Counted from the first letter of the stretch, positions 37,118 through 46,670 are shown. The stretch: 54,085 bases of DNA from an uncultured Ruminococcus sp. (GCA_902767115.1 CACXGK010000069.1:1-54085), one strand, 5' to 3'. Program-made: numbers and translations. Notes: a model not told the origin generated them from the letters alone.

Positions 37118-39892
37118 TTATACAGGCAGCTTGTCGAGCAGCTCCACCACGAATTTCAGGATATTGAGCGAATCCGTCGTATCGAGCTTACCGCTGCGAT
37201 CCACATCGGCGTTTTCCTTCTGTGCTTCCGTCAAGGGCGAAATGCCAAGCAGATACTTATTGAGCGCAATGACATCCATGATATCCACGGCATCATCGCC
37301 GTTCGTATCACCGTAAACTGCCGCTGTATCGGGCTTTGTGGGCTCCTCGGTAGGTGCGGAGGTCGGCGCCTCGGTCGGAATCTCTGTCGGCTCTGCGGTC
37401 GGAGCATCGGTAGGCACTTCGGTGGGCGCCTCTGTCGGTTCCTCAGTTGGCAGCTCGGTAGGCACCGCTGTGGGCTCCTCGGTGGGAGCATCCGTCGGCT
37501 CCTCCGTTGGCAATTCCGTGGGTTTCTCCGTCGGAGGCTCTGTGGGGGCTTCGGTGGGTTCTTCGGTCGGTGCCTCGGTCGGGGTCTCACCGGCAGGCGT
37601 TACGAATACCGCATAATTCACACACATATACGACTGCCCGTTGTTGCCGAGTGTCAGCACCGTACCGGGCTTGAGCTCCATCTGGTACACCTCAAACGTC
37701 ACATCATTCGAGGAATACACTGTATCCGCCGTCTTGGAAAAGCCGCTCATCCACGCCGGAACAGCTTCCACACGGCTGTCAAGTGCCACATAGACGAACG
37801 CATCCTCCTTGACCTCAAAGGTCGCACAATCGCCGCTCCAGTTCTTGGAATCGCAGGCAGTCAGGATGGCTTCTGCGCCGGACAGTGCATCCGGAAGCGT
37901 TGCGATCGTGAAATCACGATCACCGAACAGGGGAGAGCCGACCTTCGTATCATAGGCAATGGCATAGCCGGCGGCATGGTCGGTATCGAGCACCTGGAGA
38001 TCATGAACGATCTTGCCGTTGACCGGGATGCGGTCCTTGCCGAAGGTGAAGTAGTTGAGGTTCATCAGATACCCCTCGCCGCCGGTGAACTTGATGTAGA
38101 GGTTGTGTGTGCCGGTGACCTTGGGAATGCCGACCGTGAGGTCATCCCATGTGCCAAAGCCGCCAGTGCCCTCAAACCGCACCTTCGTAAAGGGCGCCGT
38201 GAGATTGTCGAGATACAGCTCCATCACGCAGGGATTGCCGGATGCACGAGCCGTAAAGGACTGCGCACCGTCCTCGAAATCGAGCTTCTTATACATGACA
38301 TAATCGCCGTTCTCAATGAAACCGATATTCTGCGCACCGGTCGCATCGGAGGTATCCTCGGTCAGGACGCCTTCCTGTGCAGAGAAGTCCTCCGCCTCGA
38401 TCTGCTCAAACGCAGAACGTGCCGGCGTCGGCGCACCGGTCGGAGACAGCGTCACAACACCCTCCGGGAAGGAGTTGACGGTCAGGTCATTGATGTAATA
38501 CTCAATGTTCATGTAACCGTCACCGGTATAGTCCCCGGCGTAGTCGGTCGGGTCACTCGGATCCAGTCCACGAGCTTCCTCCCACTCGTCATCCATACCG
38601 TCGTTGTCCTTGTCGGTGATGGTTTTCTGGAGGACGGCGTTCGGGTAGGAATACGTCACGCCGCACTCAATGCTGTACTTGTTCAGATCGCTGACAGACC
38701 CGTCATACGCAGCCGTACCGGAGCAGGAGCCGGTGCCATTCTTGACATCGGCAGCACACTGCTGGTCGATGGCAGTTCTCTGCGTCGGCGAAATGCCGTT
38801 GCCAGCGAAGCTGATAACGTGGTCATAGGAAGCCGCAGCGCTCTCGCAGGTCAGCGTCGTGGAAACGTCCTCACCATCGATCGTGATGGGGAAGTGCTCA
38901 TTCACACGGGTGGTGGATTCGTTCTTGTTGCCGTTGTAGCCAATGGCAGACCAGTTGGCATTCTCGGCATTGCGCACGCTCATATCCTGATTCAGGATGC
39001 GGTTGCCGGTCAGGTACAGCTTGAAATTCTCGTTGTCGGAAACAGACGCATAATGGAAGCCGCTGACCGTCGATTTGCCGGCTTTGAGCGTATTATTGAC
39101 GTAATTGACATGACCGATGGTACCATAGGTCGTCTGGTAGCCCCAGTCATAAATGACATTGTTCGTGAAGTCCGCCGCATTCTGATCGGGGATCTTGCCA
39201 CGGAAATTACGGGACACGCTATGCAGGATCAGGTTGTGATCCCATGTAAAATTCGAGCGTCCGAACATGATACCAAAGCCGTGGATACCCTTGTCATGAC
39301 CGCCCCACGAATTGGCAGGACCAATGACCGTGTACTGCACGGTATAGTTGTCATTCTTCGAGTACAGACCCCACTGCTCATCCGACGCCCAGCCGAGGGA
39401 GCAGTGATCGATAATGGAATTCGCACCATTCGCACCGCCCCAGGCGTCATTGCCGGAGCCGGTCGCATTATAGGGACCCGGACGGGAGCTGATATACCGC
39501 ACGATGATATTATCGCCGCCCATACCGAGCTTGTAATTCTTGAGCGTAATGCCGCTGCCGCCCGGTGCTGTCTGACCTGCGATGGTCACATTGCCCTGGC
39601 AGACCACAGCGCTTTTGAGCTCGATCGTACCGCTGACATCAAACACGACGATACGTCCGGACTTAGAGACCGCATCACGGAAGGAGCCCTCGCCGCTGTC
39701 GTTGAGATTGGTAACGTGATACACCGTGCCGCCTCTGCCGCCGGTGGCGTACTTGCCGCCGCCCACAGCGCCCGGAAATGCCAGCAGCTTTCCGGCTGCC
39801 TGCGCATCCTGTGCCGGGAAGAATACCAAGCCGGAGAGCGCCGTCACGGCTGCTGTCAATCCCGCTGCCCATCTTTTCCATCTTTGTTTCAT
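37118..39892 (-). CDS. secreted pectate-lyase-like beta-helix enzyme with CBM6/35-like module(s), Pro/Thr linker and C-terminal dockerin
   Basis: Read from the start at MKQRWKRWAAGL (signal peptide):
- The catalytic region resembles PL1-type pectate lyases (GGRGGTVYHVTNLNDSGEGSFRDAV, TIAGQTAPG, IIDHCSLGWASDE).
- A CBM6/35-like module follows (IEAEDFSAQEG...GDYVMYKKLDF).
- Then comes the (PTE-x-x)n linker.
- The dockerin is GDTNGDDAVDIMDVIALNKYL / DVDRSGKLDTTDSLNILKFV. Confidence 0.8.
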   Translation of the reverse strand: MKQRWKRWAAGLTAAVTALSGLVFFPAQDAQAAGKLLAFPGAVGGGKYATGGRGGTVYHVTNLNDSGEGSFRDAVSKSGRIVVFDVSGTIELKSAVVCQGNVTIAGQTAPGGSGITLKNYKLGMGGDNIIVRYISSRPGPYNATGSGNDAWGGANGANSIIDHCSLGWASDEQWGLYSKNDNYTVQYTVIGPANSWGGHDKGIHGFGIMFGRSNFTWDHNLILHSVSRNFRGKIPDQNAADFTNNVIYDWGYQTTYGTIGHVNYVNNTLKAGKSTVSGFHYASVSDNENFKLYLTGNRILNQDMSVRNAENANWSAIGYNGNKNESTTRVNEHFPITIDGEDVSTTLTCESAAASYDHVISFAGNGISPTQRTAIDQQCAADVKNGTGSCSGTAAYDGSVSDLNKYSIECGVTYSYPNAVLQKTITDKDNDGMDDEWEEARGLDPSDPTDYAGDYTGDGYMNIEYYINDLTVNSFPEGVVTLSPTGAPTPARSAFEQIEAEDFSAQEGVLTEDTSDATGAQNIGFIENGDYVMYKKLDFEDGAQSFTARASGNPCVMELYLDNLTAPFTKVRFEGTGGFGTWDDLTVGIPKVTGTHNLYIKFTGGEGYLMNLNYFTFGKDRIPVNGKIVHDLQVLDTDHAAGYAIAYDTKVGSPLFGDRDFTIATLPDALSGAEAILTACDSKNWSGDCATFEVKEDAFVYVALDSRVEAVPAWMSGFSKTADTVYSSNDVTFEVYQMELKPGTVLTLGNNGQSYMCVNYAVFVTPAGETPTEAPTEEPTEAPTEPPTEKPTELPTEEPTDAPTEEPTAVPTELPTEEPTEAPTEVPTDAPTAEPTEIPTEAPTSAPTEEPTKPDTAAVYGDTNGDDAVDIMDVIALNKYLLGISPLTEAQKENADVDRSGKLDTTDSLNILKFVVELLDKLPV
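37330..37592 (-). repeat. in-frame tandem repeat encoding a Pro/Thr/Glu linker
   Basis: About 17 degenerate 15-nt units encode PTEEPTEAPTEPPTEKPTELPTEEPTDAPTEEP.... They lie inside the pectate-lyase-like CDS. Confidence 0.85.
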
Positions 39893-40042
39893 AGGGAACA
39901 CCCTTTCTCTGTATGAATTTTGTCTGTGCAAATATGAACAAATTATATCTTAATTAGTATTGTATCACACAAAACGCAAAATAGCAATGTCATTTTCTCA
40001 CCTTTTTGTTGCAAATCCACTACGGGTATTTTTGTCAGGAGG

Positions 40043-40071
40043 TTGACGTTTGCGTCGATTTGTGGTAAAAT
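40043..40071 (+). promoter_or_regulatory. sigma-A promoter of the C1 peptidase gene
   Basis: TTGACG, a 17-nt spacer and TGgTAAAAT. Confidence 0.6.
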
Positions 40072-40108
40072 AGAGAAGTTGATAAGAATTTGAACCGGAG
40101 GTTCTCTC

Positions 40109-42445
40109 ATGAGAAAATCACAATTGACTTCTGTTTGTCTGGCAATGGCGCTTGTCGCTGTTCAGACCCCTGTACTGCAAACATCCGCAGCATCGACGCA
40201 TTCGACACAGCTTTATCCATCCGCACTCGCATTTCAGGAACCGGAGGTTTTGCATTCCCAGGCGCCGATCGTCACCGCTTCTGACGGCGTTTCCGAGGAA
40301 ACCGCATCCGTCAGCCTGCCTGCCCGGTTTGACCTGCGTGAGCAGGGACTCGTTTCCGCCGTCAAGGATCAGGGACCGTACAACACCTGCTGGGCATTTG
40401 CAAGCCTGAATTGCCTGGAGACCGGCGAGATCGCCCGTGACCCCATGATCGACCTGTCCGAATGGGCGCTGGCATTTCACACGTATTCCGAGCAGTTCGG
40501 CTATCCCTATACCACCAAAACACCGTTTGATGCCGGCAGCTATGACGCTGACCAGGAGATTGGCATTCTGACCGGCTGGATCGGGCCGCTTGCGGAATCC
40601 GAGGTGATCTACGGCGACACCAGCGTGATGCAGACGACCCCCACCATGGACGAGGTCAAGCAGAAAACCGTGCTTCATACGACAGACGCCATCTACTATC
40701 CCTACTGGCAGGACGATGCGGATGTATTCCCGGCGCAGATGCAGTCCATCAAGGCTGCCATCCAGCAGGGGAGTGCGGTGGACATCAGCTACTACCAGTG
40801 CGACGCCTGCTTCAACAGCAAGTACAACGCCTATTACTACGACCCGGACGTTGCTGCCGGATATGATGCCTATGGGCATTCCGTGAGCATCGTTGGCTGG
40901 GACGACAACTTCCCGGCAAGCTATTTCACATCCGACCCCGGACAGAACGGTGCATGGCTCGCCAAGAATAGCTGGGGCACCTCCTGGGGTGAAAACGGCT
41001 TTTTCTGGATCTCCTACGCAGACCCAAGACTGGACGATTTCTATACCTTCCAGGCAGAAGCCGCCGAGGTTCACAGCAAGCTCTTTCAGCATGACCAGTT
41101 CGGCAATTCCGGTGCCTTTGCCTATGACCAGAACGGCGACCAGGAGGTGCTTGTTGCCAACGAATTCACCTCCGAGGAAAGCGGCTGGATCACATCCGTC
41201 ATGTTCTGCAACCTGACTGTAGACGACACCGTGGAGCTGACCGTCTGCACGGGGCTGGAGGATGAGAATAACCCGGTCTCCGGCACTGTCTCCGAGCCCA
41301 CGACCGTGATGCTCTCCCACATCGGCTACCAGAAGATCGACCTTGAAAAGCCGGTTCCGGTCAAGGCAGGGGAACGCTTCTCCGTAATCGCCAAGCTCTC
41401 CGGCAAGGCACGTGCGTACCGCATTCCCTGCGAATTTGCAACGCATACCGAGCAGACCCACGCAGACGGCACCGTGGACGTCTTTGACAGCGGCTACACG
41501 CCGGAAATGCTCGGCAGAGACTTTGCAACCGGACAGAGCTTTTACAGCGGCGATGGCGTGATCTGGTACGATATGTACAACGTCACCCCCGGCATCCTTG
41601 ACAACGAGGACACTGCATCCGGCGAAGCAACCCACATCGTCATGACCGAGGGCAACATCTGCCTGAAAGCTCTGTTCCGCAAGGACGGCGTCGTCAACTT
41701 CTCTGATTATCACGACAGCATCCCGGCAGCGGACGGCATTGCGCTGACGAACGACGACCAGGCGCCGATCTACTATTCCCTGGACGGCGTGGATTTCACG
41801 CTGTATGAGGAGCCCATCCACTTCCCGGAGGGCGAGGACAGCATGACCATTTCTGCCTATGCGGACATGAATGCGATCTCCGAAACACCCGGCGACAAGA
41901 CGCTCTACACCCGTACCTACACCAAGCAGAAAGCGGCGATTTCAAGCCTTTTGTGCCGGGAAGGCAAGTTCACCTCATACTGCATCCCGGATGAAAATGA
42001 CCCGACACTGTTCCATAACTACGTTGCCAAGGGCGTTACCAGCATCGGTCTGCTGCCGATGACGACCGGCGAGCTCACGATCGGCGGCGAGCCCTGCGCA
42101 TCCGGCATGGAAATGACCGTCCCGGTGAAACGTGGCACGACCCGCATCCCGCTGGAGGTCAAGCAGGACGGGCTGGAAAGCGTGACGTATACCCTCCAGG
42201 TGGACACGCTGTTTTCGTCCAAATTTCTGCGTGGCGACCCTAACCTTGACGGCGTCATCAATGCATCCGATGCCACCGAGATCCTGGTCTATGCCGCTAT
42301 GGTCGGCAGCGGTGAGACACCGGCTGTTCCCGATGATGAATGGCGTGACAGAGCCGATTATGACGAAAGCGAGGTCATCAACGCCGTAGATGCAGCCCTC
42401 GTCCTGATCGAAGCAGCCGAGCGTGGTGCAGGCTCCGAAGGCTAA
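40109..42445 (+). CDS. secreted papain-like (C1 family) cysteine peptidase with C-terminal dockerin
   Basis: 778 aa with a signal peptide. The catalytic Cys context is QGPYNTCWAFAS, the His context is GHSVSIVGWDD, and NSWGTSWGENGFFWISY is also present. The dockerin is GDPNLDGVINASDATEILVY / YDESEVINAVDAALVLIE. Confidence 0.88.
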   Translation: MRKSQLTSVCLAMALVAVQTPVLQTSAASTHSTQLYPSALAFQEPEVLHSQAPIVTASDGVSEETASVSLPARFDLREQGLVSAVKDQGPYNTCWAFASLNCLETGEIARDPMIDLSEWALAFHTYSEQFGYPYTTKTPFDAGSYDADQEIGILTGWIGPLAESEVIYGDTSVMQTTPTMDEVKQKTVLHTTDAIYYPYWQDDADVFPAQMQSIKAAIQQGSAVDISYYQCDACFNSKYNAYYYDPDVAAGYDAYGHSVSIVGWDDNFPASYFTSDPGQNGAWLAKNSWGTSWGENGFFWISYADPRLDDFYTFQAEAAEVHSKLFQHDQFGNSGAFAYDQNGDQEVLVANEFTSEESGWITSVMFCNLTVDDTVELTVCTGLEDENNPVSGTVSEPTTVMLSHIGYQKIDLEKPVPVKAGERFSVIAKLSGKARAYRIPCEFATHTEQTHADGTVDVFDSGYTPEMLGRDFATGQSFYSGDGVIWYDMYNVTPGILDNEDTASGEATHIVMTEGNICLKALFRKDGVVNFSDYHDSIPAADGIALTNDDQAPIYYSLDGVDFTLYEEPIHFPEGEDSMTISAYADMNAISETPGDKTLYTRTYTKQKAAISSLLCREGKFTSYCIPDENDPTLFHNYVAKGVTSIGLLPMTTGELTIGGEPCASGMEMTVPVKRGTTRIPLEVKQDGLESVTYTLQVDTLFSSKFLRGDPNLDGVINASDATEILVYAAMVGSGETPAVPDDEWRDRADYDESEVINAVDAALVLIEAAERGAGSEG

Positions 42446-42516
42446 CAAACGCTCCCATTTTGTCGGAAACGCCAAAAACTGACGAAAAGTTGGACAATAT
42501 ATTGTACGCATCTTCA

Positions 42517-42545
42517 TTGCATTTTTTTCCGAATTTTAGTATAAT
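42517..42545 (+). promoter_or_regulatory. sigma-A promoter of the beta-helix protein gene
   Basis: TTGCAT, a 17-nt spacer and TATAAT (42540-42545). Confidence 0.6.
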
Positions 42546-42613
42546 AATAGTATATGCAAACGTCCGGGACAAAGCGCCCGGACAATCCCAACAAACCCGA
42601 TAGGAGAATCCCG

Positions 42614-43981
42614 ATGAAAGCGATAGGCATAAGAGCGGCAGCATATCTGCTGTCTGCTGTCATGACAGCTTCCCTGATGCCGGTGGTCACAGCAAGCGCT
42701 GAAACAATTCCACCGGATGCGATCGGTGCTGTCAGCATCGATGCTGTTACAACGTTTTATTATGACACCAAGGCGTCCGGCGGCTTGACCGCTATGTGGA
42801 ATGACGCCGTTTCCGCCAAAAGCGCAACGGTCAAGCTGTTCACCGACTGGAACGCAGCGAATGGCACCCGCCTCGTTGAGGAAGGCAAGGGCATGGCGTT
42901 TGACGGTGTGATCTGTGTCCCCGACGGACATGAGGTCACACTCGACCTCAACGGTTTTTCGATCAATCGAGGACTGGAAATGTCCATTGAGAACGGCGAA
43001 GTCATTTGCATTGAAAACGGCGCTGTCCTCAACCTGACCGATACCAAAGCAAGCTCCGGTTCAGCCGGCAAGATCACCGGCGGCAAGAACCTGAGCGGCG
43101 CAGGCGGCATTCAGATCGACGCAGGCGGCACCCTGAACCTCTGGGGCGGCTGCATCACGGAAAACGTGTCCGATAAGAGCGGCGGCGGCATTCTCCTGGA
43201 AGGCGAGAGCAGCAAGCTCTATATGACCGGCGGCTCCATCACGAAGAATACGGCGGCTGTCAACGGCGGCGGTATTGCGATGGTGGACGCAAGCCTGGAG
43301 GTCGTCAACGGCTCCATCAATGAGAACAAATCCGCTGGCAGCGGCGGCGGCATCTACCAGCAGGGCGGCTCGGCAGTCCTGCAAAACTGTCAGGTCATGT
43401 CCAACAGCGCTGTAACCGGCGGCGGCATCTGCACCACAGCGGCGGCTGACCTTGCGCTCCAGTCCACGGCGGCGATCCAGAACAACGTTGCCGGAACAGC
43501 AGGGGAGCAGGGGAGAGGCGGCGGCATCCTCGCAATGGGTACCCTTCCCATTCGTTTGTCCGGTACGCCGACTGTCATTTCCAACCGCCAATCCGACGGC
43601 ACCATCAGCAATCTCACCTTCTGGATCAACGAAGCCGGCACGTTTGTGGGACCTCGCATCCAGAATGACGGCGTTGTCAAGGGCACGCAGGTGGGTTTGA
43701 ATTTCACTGGCGGCGAAACAGAGCGTGAGCTCGCATTCGCACCGACCTGGAATATGACAGGCGTCTTTGACGGTGACGGCGAATTCGAGTATTTTGAAGC
43801 GGATCAGATCCAGTATCTGAAACGTCCGCTTGAACCCAGAGACTATATGCTGTACGTCTGGATCGGCTGTGCGGCTGTTGTCCTGATCGCAGCGATCATG
43901 ATCATTGCGATCGTTGCAAGTGTGCGCAAGAAAAAGAAGCATCGCAAGCGCAAGCATTCCGCTGCGAAGCCCAGAAAATAA
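42614..43981 (+). CDS. secreted, C-terminally membrane-anchored beta-helix repeat protein (PMP-like GGGI repeats)
   Basis: The start MKAIGIRAAAYLL follows AGGAG. It has a signal peptide and repeated G-G-G-I/GGAI-like units (GAGGIQIDAGG, GGGILLEGE, GGGIAMVDA, GGGIYQQGG, GGGICTTAA, GGGILAMG). One C-terminal TM helix is followed by a polybasic tail, RKKKKHRKRKHSAAKPRK. Confidence 0.7.
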   Translation: MKAIGIRAAAYLLSAVMTASLMPVVTASAETIPPDAIGAVSIDAVTTFYYDTKASGGLTAMWNDAVSAKSATVKLFTDWNAANGTRLVEEGKGMAFDGVICVPDGHEVTLDLNGFSINRGLEMSIENGEVICIENGAVLNLTDTKASSGSAGKITGGKNLSGAGGIQIDAGGTLNLWGGCITENVSDKSGGGILLEGESSKLYMTGGSITKNTAAVNGGGIAMVDASLEVVNGSINENKSAGSGGGIYQQGGSAVLQNCQVMSNSAVTGGGICTTAAADLALQSTAAIQNNVAGTAGEQGRGGGILAMGTLPIRLSGTPTVISNRQSDGTISNLTFWINEAGTFVGPRIQNDGVVKGTQVGLNFTGGETERELAFAPTWNMTGVFDGDGEFEYFEADQIQYLKRPLEPRDYMLYVWIGCAAVVLIAAIMIIAIVASVRKKKKHRKRKHSAAKPRK

Positions 43982-43985
43982 AAGG

Positions 43986-44017
43986 AAAACCTCCGGCAAG
44001 CGTATGTCGGAGGTTTT
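43986..44017. terminator. bidirectional terminator between the beta-helix gene and azlD
   Basis: A 10-bp stem AAAACCTCCG / CGGAGGTTTT with a 12-nt loop. Confidence 0.8.
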
Positions 44018-44020
44018 GTG

Positions 44021-44332
44021 TTATCCAAGCAGCGGCAACAGTAATCCGGAGACCCAGGCCACCAGCGAAGCCGCAAGTGCGACCACGATCAGCGGCAGAT
44101 TGAAATACGCCAGAACCAGCGCTGTGATCGTGCCAAGGACTGCCGTTGCCATATTGCCGGTACTGTAGAAAATCGCCGGAATGGTCATCGCACTCAGAAC
44201 GGCATAGGGGATGTAGTAGAGAAAACTGCGCAGGAATTTCGAGTTGATCTTCCTACGGAAACACGCAAACGGCAGGACACGGATCAGATAGGTCACGCCT
44301 GCCATTACGATCATATACAATGCAATACTCAT
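44021..44332 (-). CDS. azlD: branched-chain amino acid transport protein AzlD
   Basis: A 103-aa hydrophobic protein that overlaps azlC by 4 nt. It has the typical AzlD size and N-terminus (VMAGVTYLIRVLPF). Confidence 0.85.
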   Translation of the reverse strand: MSIALYMIVMAGVTYLIRVLPFACFRRKINSKFLRSFLYYIPYAVLSAMTIPAIFYSTGNMATAVLGTITALVLAYFNLPLIVVALAASLVAWVSGLLLPLLG

Positions 44333-45048
44333 GCTGTCTCCTCCTCCGTTTGCTCAGCCTCATCATCCCGTGGGAAAAGCAACGCCCCAAGCACAGATGC
44401 CGTCAGGGCGCACAGAATCACCGCAAAGCCCGACGAGATCTGCGGAAACAGATACTTGCAGACGCAGCTCAGCAATGCGGCTGCCATCACCACAAAGAAT
44501 ACGCTGCCGGATTTCCGGGCTGGCGGAACGATGATCGCAATAAACATTCCATACAGCACAATGCCAAGCGCAGATGAGATGGAGGGCGGCAGCAATTCAC
44601 CGGCAGCTGCCCCCAAAAATGTTCCAAGCACCCACCCGGACGTTGCAATACAGGTGATGCCGTACATGAAAAAAGGCCTCAGCTTTTCCTTCCTGGAGAT
44701 GCAAACGCCAAAGATCTCATCCGTGATGCCGTATGCCGCAAGCAGACGATGGGGAAGTGTAAATGAATCATCGAGCTTTTGTGAAAGCGAAAGTGCCATC
44801 AAGGCGTAACGGATATTGATGGTAAGCTGCACCAATGCCATTTCGAGCAGGGAACCGTGCGAAGCGATCACATCAATGCCGGCAGCCTGCCCGGCGGATG
44901 TCAGGTTGGTCAGGGAGATCAGTGACGCCTCCGCCGGACTCAGACCGGCTCTGACTGCCAGAATACCGAATCCAAAGGATACAGACAGATAACCCAGCCC
45001 GATCGGGAATCCCTGTGCGAATCCTCTGACAAAATCACGCAGCTTCAT
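44329..45048 (-). CDS. azlC: branched-chain amino acid transporter AzlC
   Basis: 239 aa. The N-terminus (FVRGFAQGFPIGLGYLSVSFGFG) and the multi-TM layout are typical of AzlC. It overlaps the upstream NSS gene by 4 nt. Confidence 0.9.
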   Translation of the reverse strand: MKLRDFVRGFAQGFPIGLGYLSVSFGFGILAVRAGLSPAEASLISLTNLTSAGQAAGIDVIASHGSLLEMALVQLTINIRYALMALSLSQKLDDSFTLPHRLLAAYGITDEIFGVCISRKEKLRPFFMYGITCIATSGWVLGTFLGAAAGELLPPSISSALGIVLYGMFIAIIVPPARKSGSVFFVVMAAALLSCVCKYLFPQISSGFAVILCALTASVLGALLFPRDDEAEQTEEETA

Positions 45049-46436
45049 CCGGTGATTTTCTTAAACACGCCCAGCGCACCGAGCAGCAGGAACACGAGCA
45101 TCACAGGTGCAATGAACTTGATCATTATGATATAAAGCCATTTTCTGCCGAATTTTTCGCCATTCTTTGTTGCCTCGTCAATGACGGTCTTCGGCTTGAC
45201 AAGCCAGCCGACCAGAATGCAGGTGCCGATCGCTACAACAGGCATCAGGATATTGTTGCTGACGTAGTCAAAGATATCCAGAATCTGTGCTACGGAACCA
45301 TTCGGAAGCTTGAATTCAAAATAGAGTACGTTATAGCCAAGGCAGATGAAAATGCTGATGACCAGTGCGATGCTGGTCTCGACGATAGTCGCCTTACGAC
45401 GGCTCCAGCCAAAGGCATCCATCAGGCTGGCAACGACGGTTTCGAGAATCGACATACAGCTTGTCAGCGCAGCAAGCAGCACCATAATGAAGAACACAGC
45501 GCCTACGATCGATCCGACCCAACCCATCGCAGAGAACACCTTCGGAAGTGCAACGAACATGAGTCCGGGACCGCCGTTCATGCCCTCTGGTCCGAGGAAT
45601 ACAATGACCGCCGGAATGATCATGATACCCGCCAGAAAAGCAACAACTGTATCAAAGATCTCGATCTGGTTGACAGAACGCATCAGATTGCTGTCATCCC
45701 GGAAATAGGAGCCGTAGGTGACCATGATGCCCATAGCCACGCTGATGCTATAAAAAAGCTGTCCCATTGCATCCATTCCGGTGATAAAGAGGGTCTTGAA
45801 GCTGATATTGGAGAAGTCCGGAATCAGGTAGATCTTCAAGCCATCCAGACCGGTTCTGCCGGTCTCTTTGTTGGAAACGGTCAGCGAGAAGATCGCAATG
45901 CCAAGCACCAATACAAGCAATATGGGCATCATGACCTTGGACAGCGACTCGATGCCTTTATTGACACCAAGGTAGATGACAAAGGCAGTTGCCAGCAGGA
46001 AGATGATGTCAAAGATGATGGGCGGCCAGAAATCCGTGATAAAGCCCGAAAAATACCCATCCTCAGCCGCAGCATCGCACCGTCCGGTCAGGAAAACTGT
46101 GCAGTATTTCAAAACCCAGCCGCCGATGATGCTATAGTAGGGAAGAATCAAAAACGGCACAATACAGGCGAAAACGCCAATCCATTTAGAAGGCTTATGC
46201 AGCACGCCGTATGCAGTCAATGCGCTCTGCTTGGTTTTGCGGCCAATGGAGATCTCCGACACGATCATGGTAAAGCCAAAGGTCAGCGCCAGAATGATAT
46301 AAATCGCCAAAAAGAGTCCGCCGCCATCCTTAGCGGCAAGATACGGGAACCGCCAGATGTTTCCAAGCCCGACCGCACTGCCGGCAGCCGCCAGCACAAA
46401 TCCCAAAGAGCTGGAAAACGAATTTCTTTTTTCCAT
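45045..46436 (-). CDS. sodium-dependent transporter, neurotransmitter:sodium symporter (SNF/NSS) family
   Basis: 463 aa. The signature GLGNIWRFPYLA is near the N-terminus and there are about 11-12 TM helices. Confidence 0.93.
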   Translation of the reverse strand: MEKRNSFSSSLGFVLAAAGSAVGLGNIWRFPYLAAKDGGGLFLAIYIILALTFGFTMIVSEISIGRKTKQSALTAYGVLHKPSKWIGVFACIVPFLILPYYSIIGGWVLKYCTVFLTGRCDAAAEDGYFSGFITDFWPPIIFDIIFLLATAFVIYLGVNKGIESLSKVMMPILLVLVLGIAIFSLTVSNKETGRTGLDGLKIYLIPDFSNISFKTLFITGMDAMGQLFYSISVAMGIMVTYGSYFRDDSNLMRSVNQIEIFDTVVAFLAGIMIIPAVIVFLGPEGMNGGPGLMFVALPKVFSAMGWVGSIVGAVFFIMVLLAALTSCMSILETVVASLMDAFGWSRRKATIVETSIALVISIFICLGYNVLYFEFKLPNGSVAQILDIFDYVSNNILMPVVAIGTCILVGWLVKPKTVIDEATKNGEKFGRKWLYIIMIKFIAPVMLVFLLLGALGVFKKITG

Positions 46437-46462
46437 GGTTTACTCCTTCCAATTCCAAAATG

Positions 46463-46505
46463 CAATACGAATCCCCAAGTTTCGACTCACAGAGGATTCG
46501 TATTG
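46463..46505 (-). promoter_or_regulatory. 5'-leader hairpin of the NSS-azlCD operon (possible attenuator)
   Basis: A perfect 12-bp stem CAATACGAATCC / GGATTCGTATTG with a 19-nt loop, followed on the minus strand by CATTTTGG. It ends about 12 nt before the SD GGAAGGAG. Confidence 0.45.
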
Positions 46506-46528
46506 TCATCTTTTTCACAGATATTTTT

Positions 46529-46557
46529 ATTATAGCACATCTATCCATAAAAATCAA
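46529..46557 (-). promoter_or_regulatory. sigma-A promoter of the NSS-azlCD operon
   Basis: Minus-strand TTGATT, a 17-nt spacer and TGcTATAAT. Confidence 0.6.
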
Positions 46558-46631
46558 GCCTTTTCCTATTGCAAACTAACGAAATGACGCTTGGTCATTC
46601 TGTTGAAAACTGGAAGCAGCAGGGCAGGGGA

Positions 46632-46670
46632 GTAAAAAAGCAGAGCGGCATCAATTACCACTCTGCTTTT
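46632..46670 (-). terminator. rho-independent terminator after the LRR-dockerin gene
   Basis: A 10-bp stem AAAAGCAGAG / CTCTGCTTTT, followed on the minus strand by TTTTTT. Confidence 0.75.

Noticed and set aside
37052-39916. A 954-aa plus-strand ORF antisense to the pectate-lyase-like gene. The similar cases at 35346-36923, 40118-41821 and 47560-49989 are treated the same way.
   Set aside because: Each one mirrors a gene whose sense strand has a signal peptide, catalytic or repeat domains and a dockerin. The antisense translations are Arg/Gly/Leu-rich repeats, for example the RLCGRSIGRHFGG runs opposite the PT linker.
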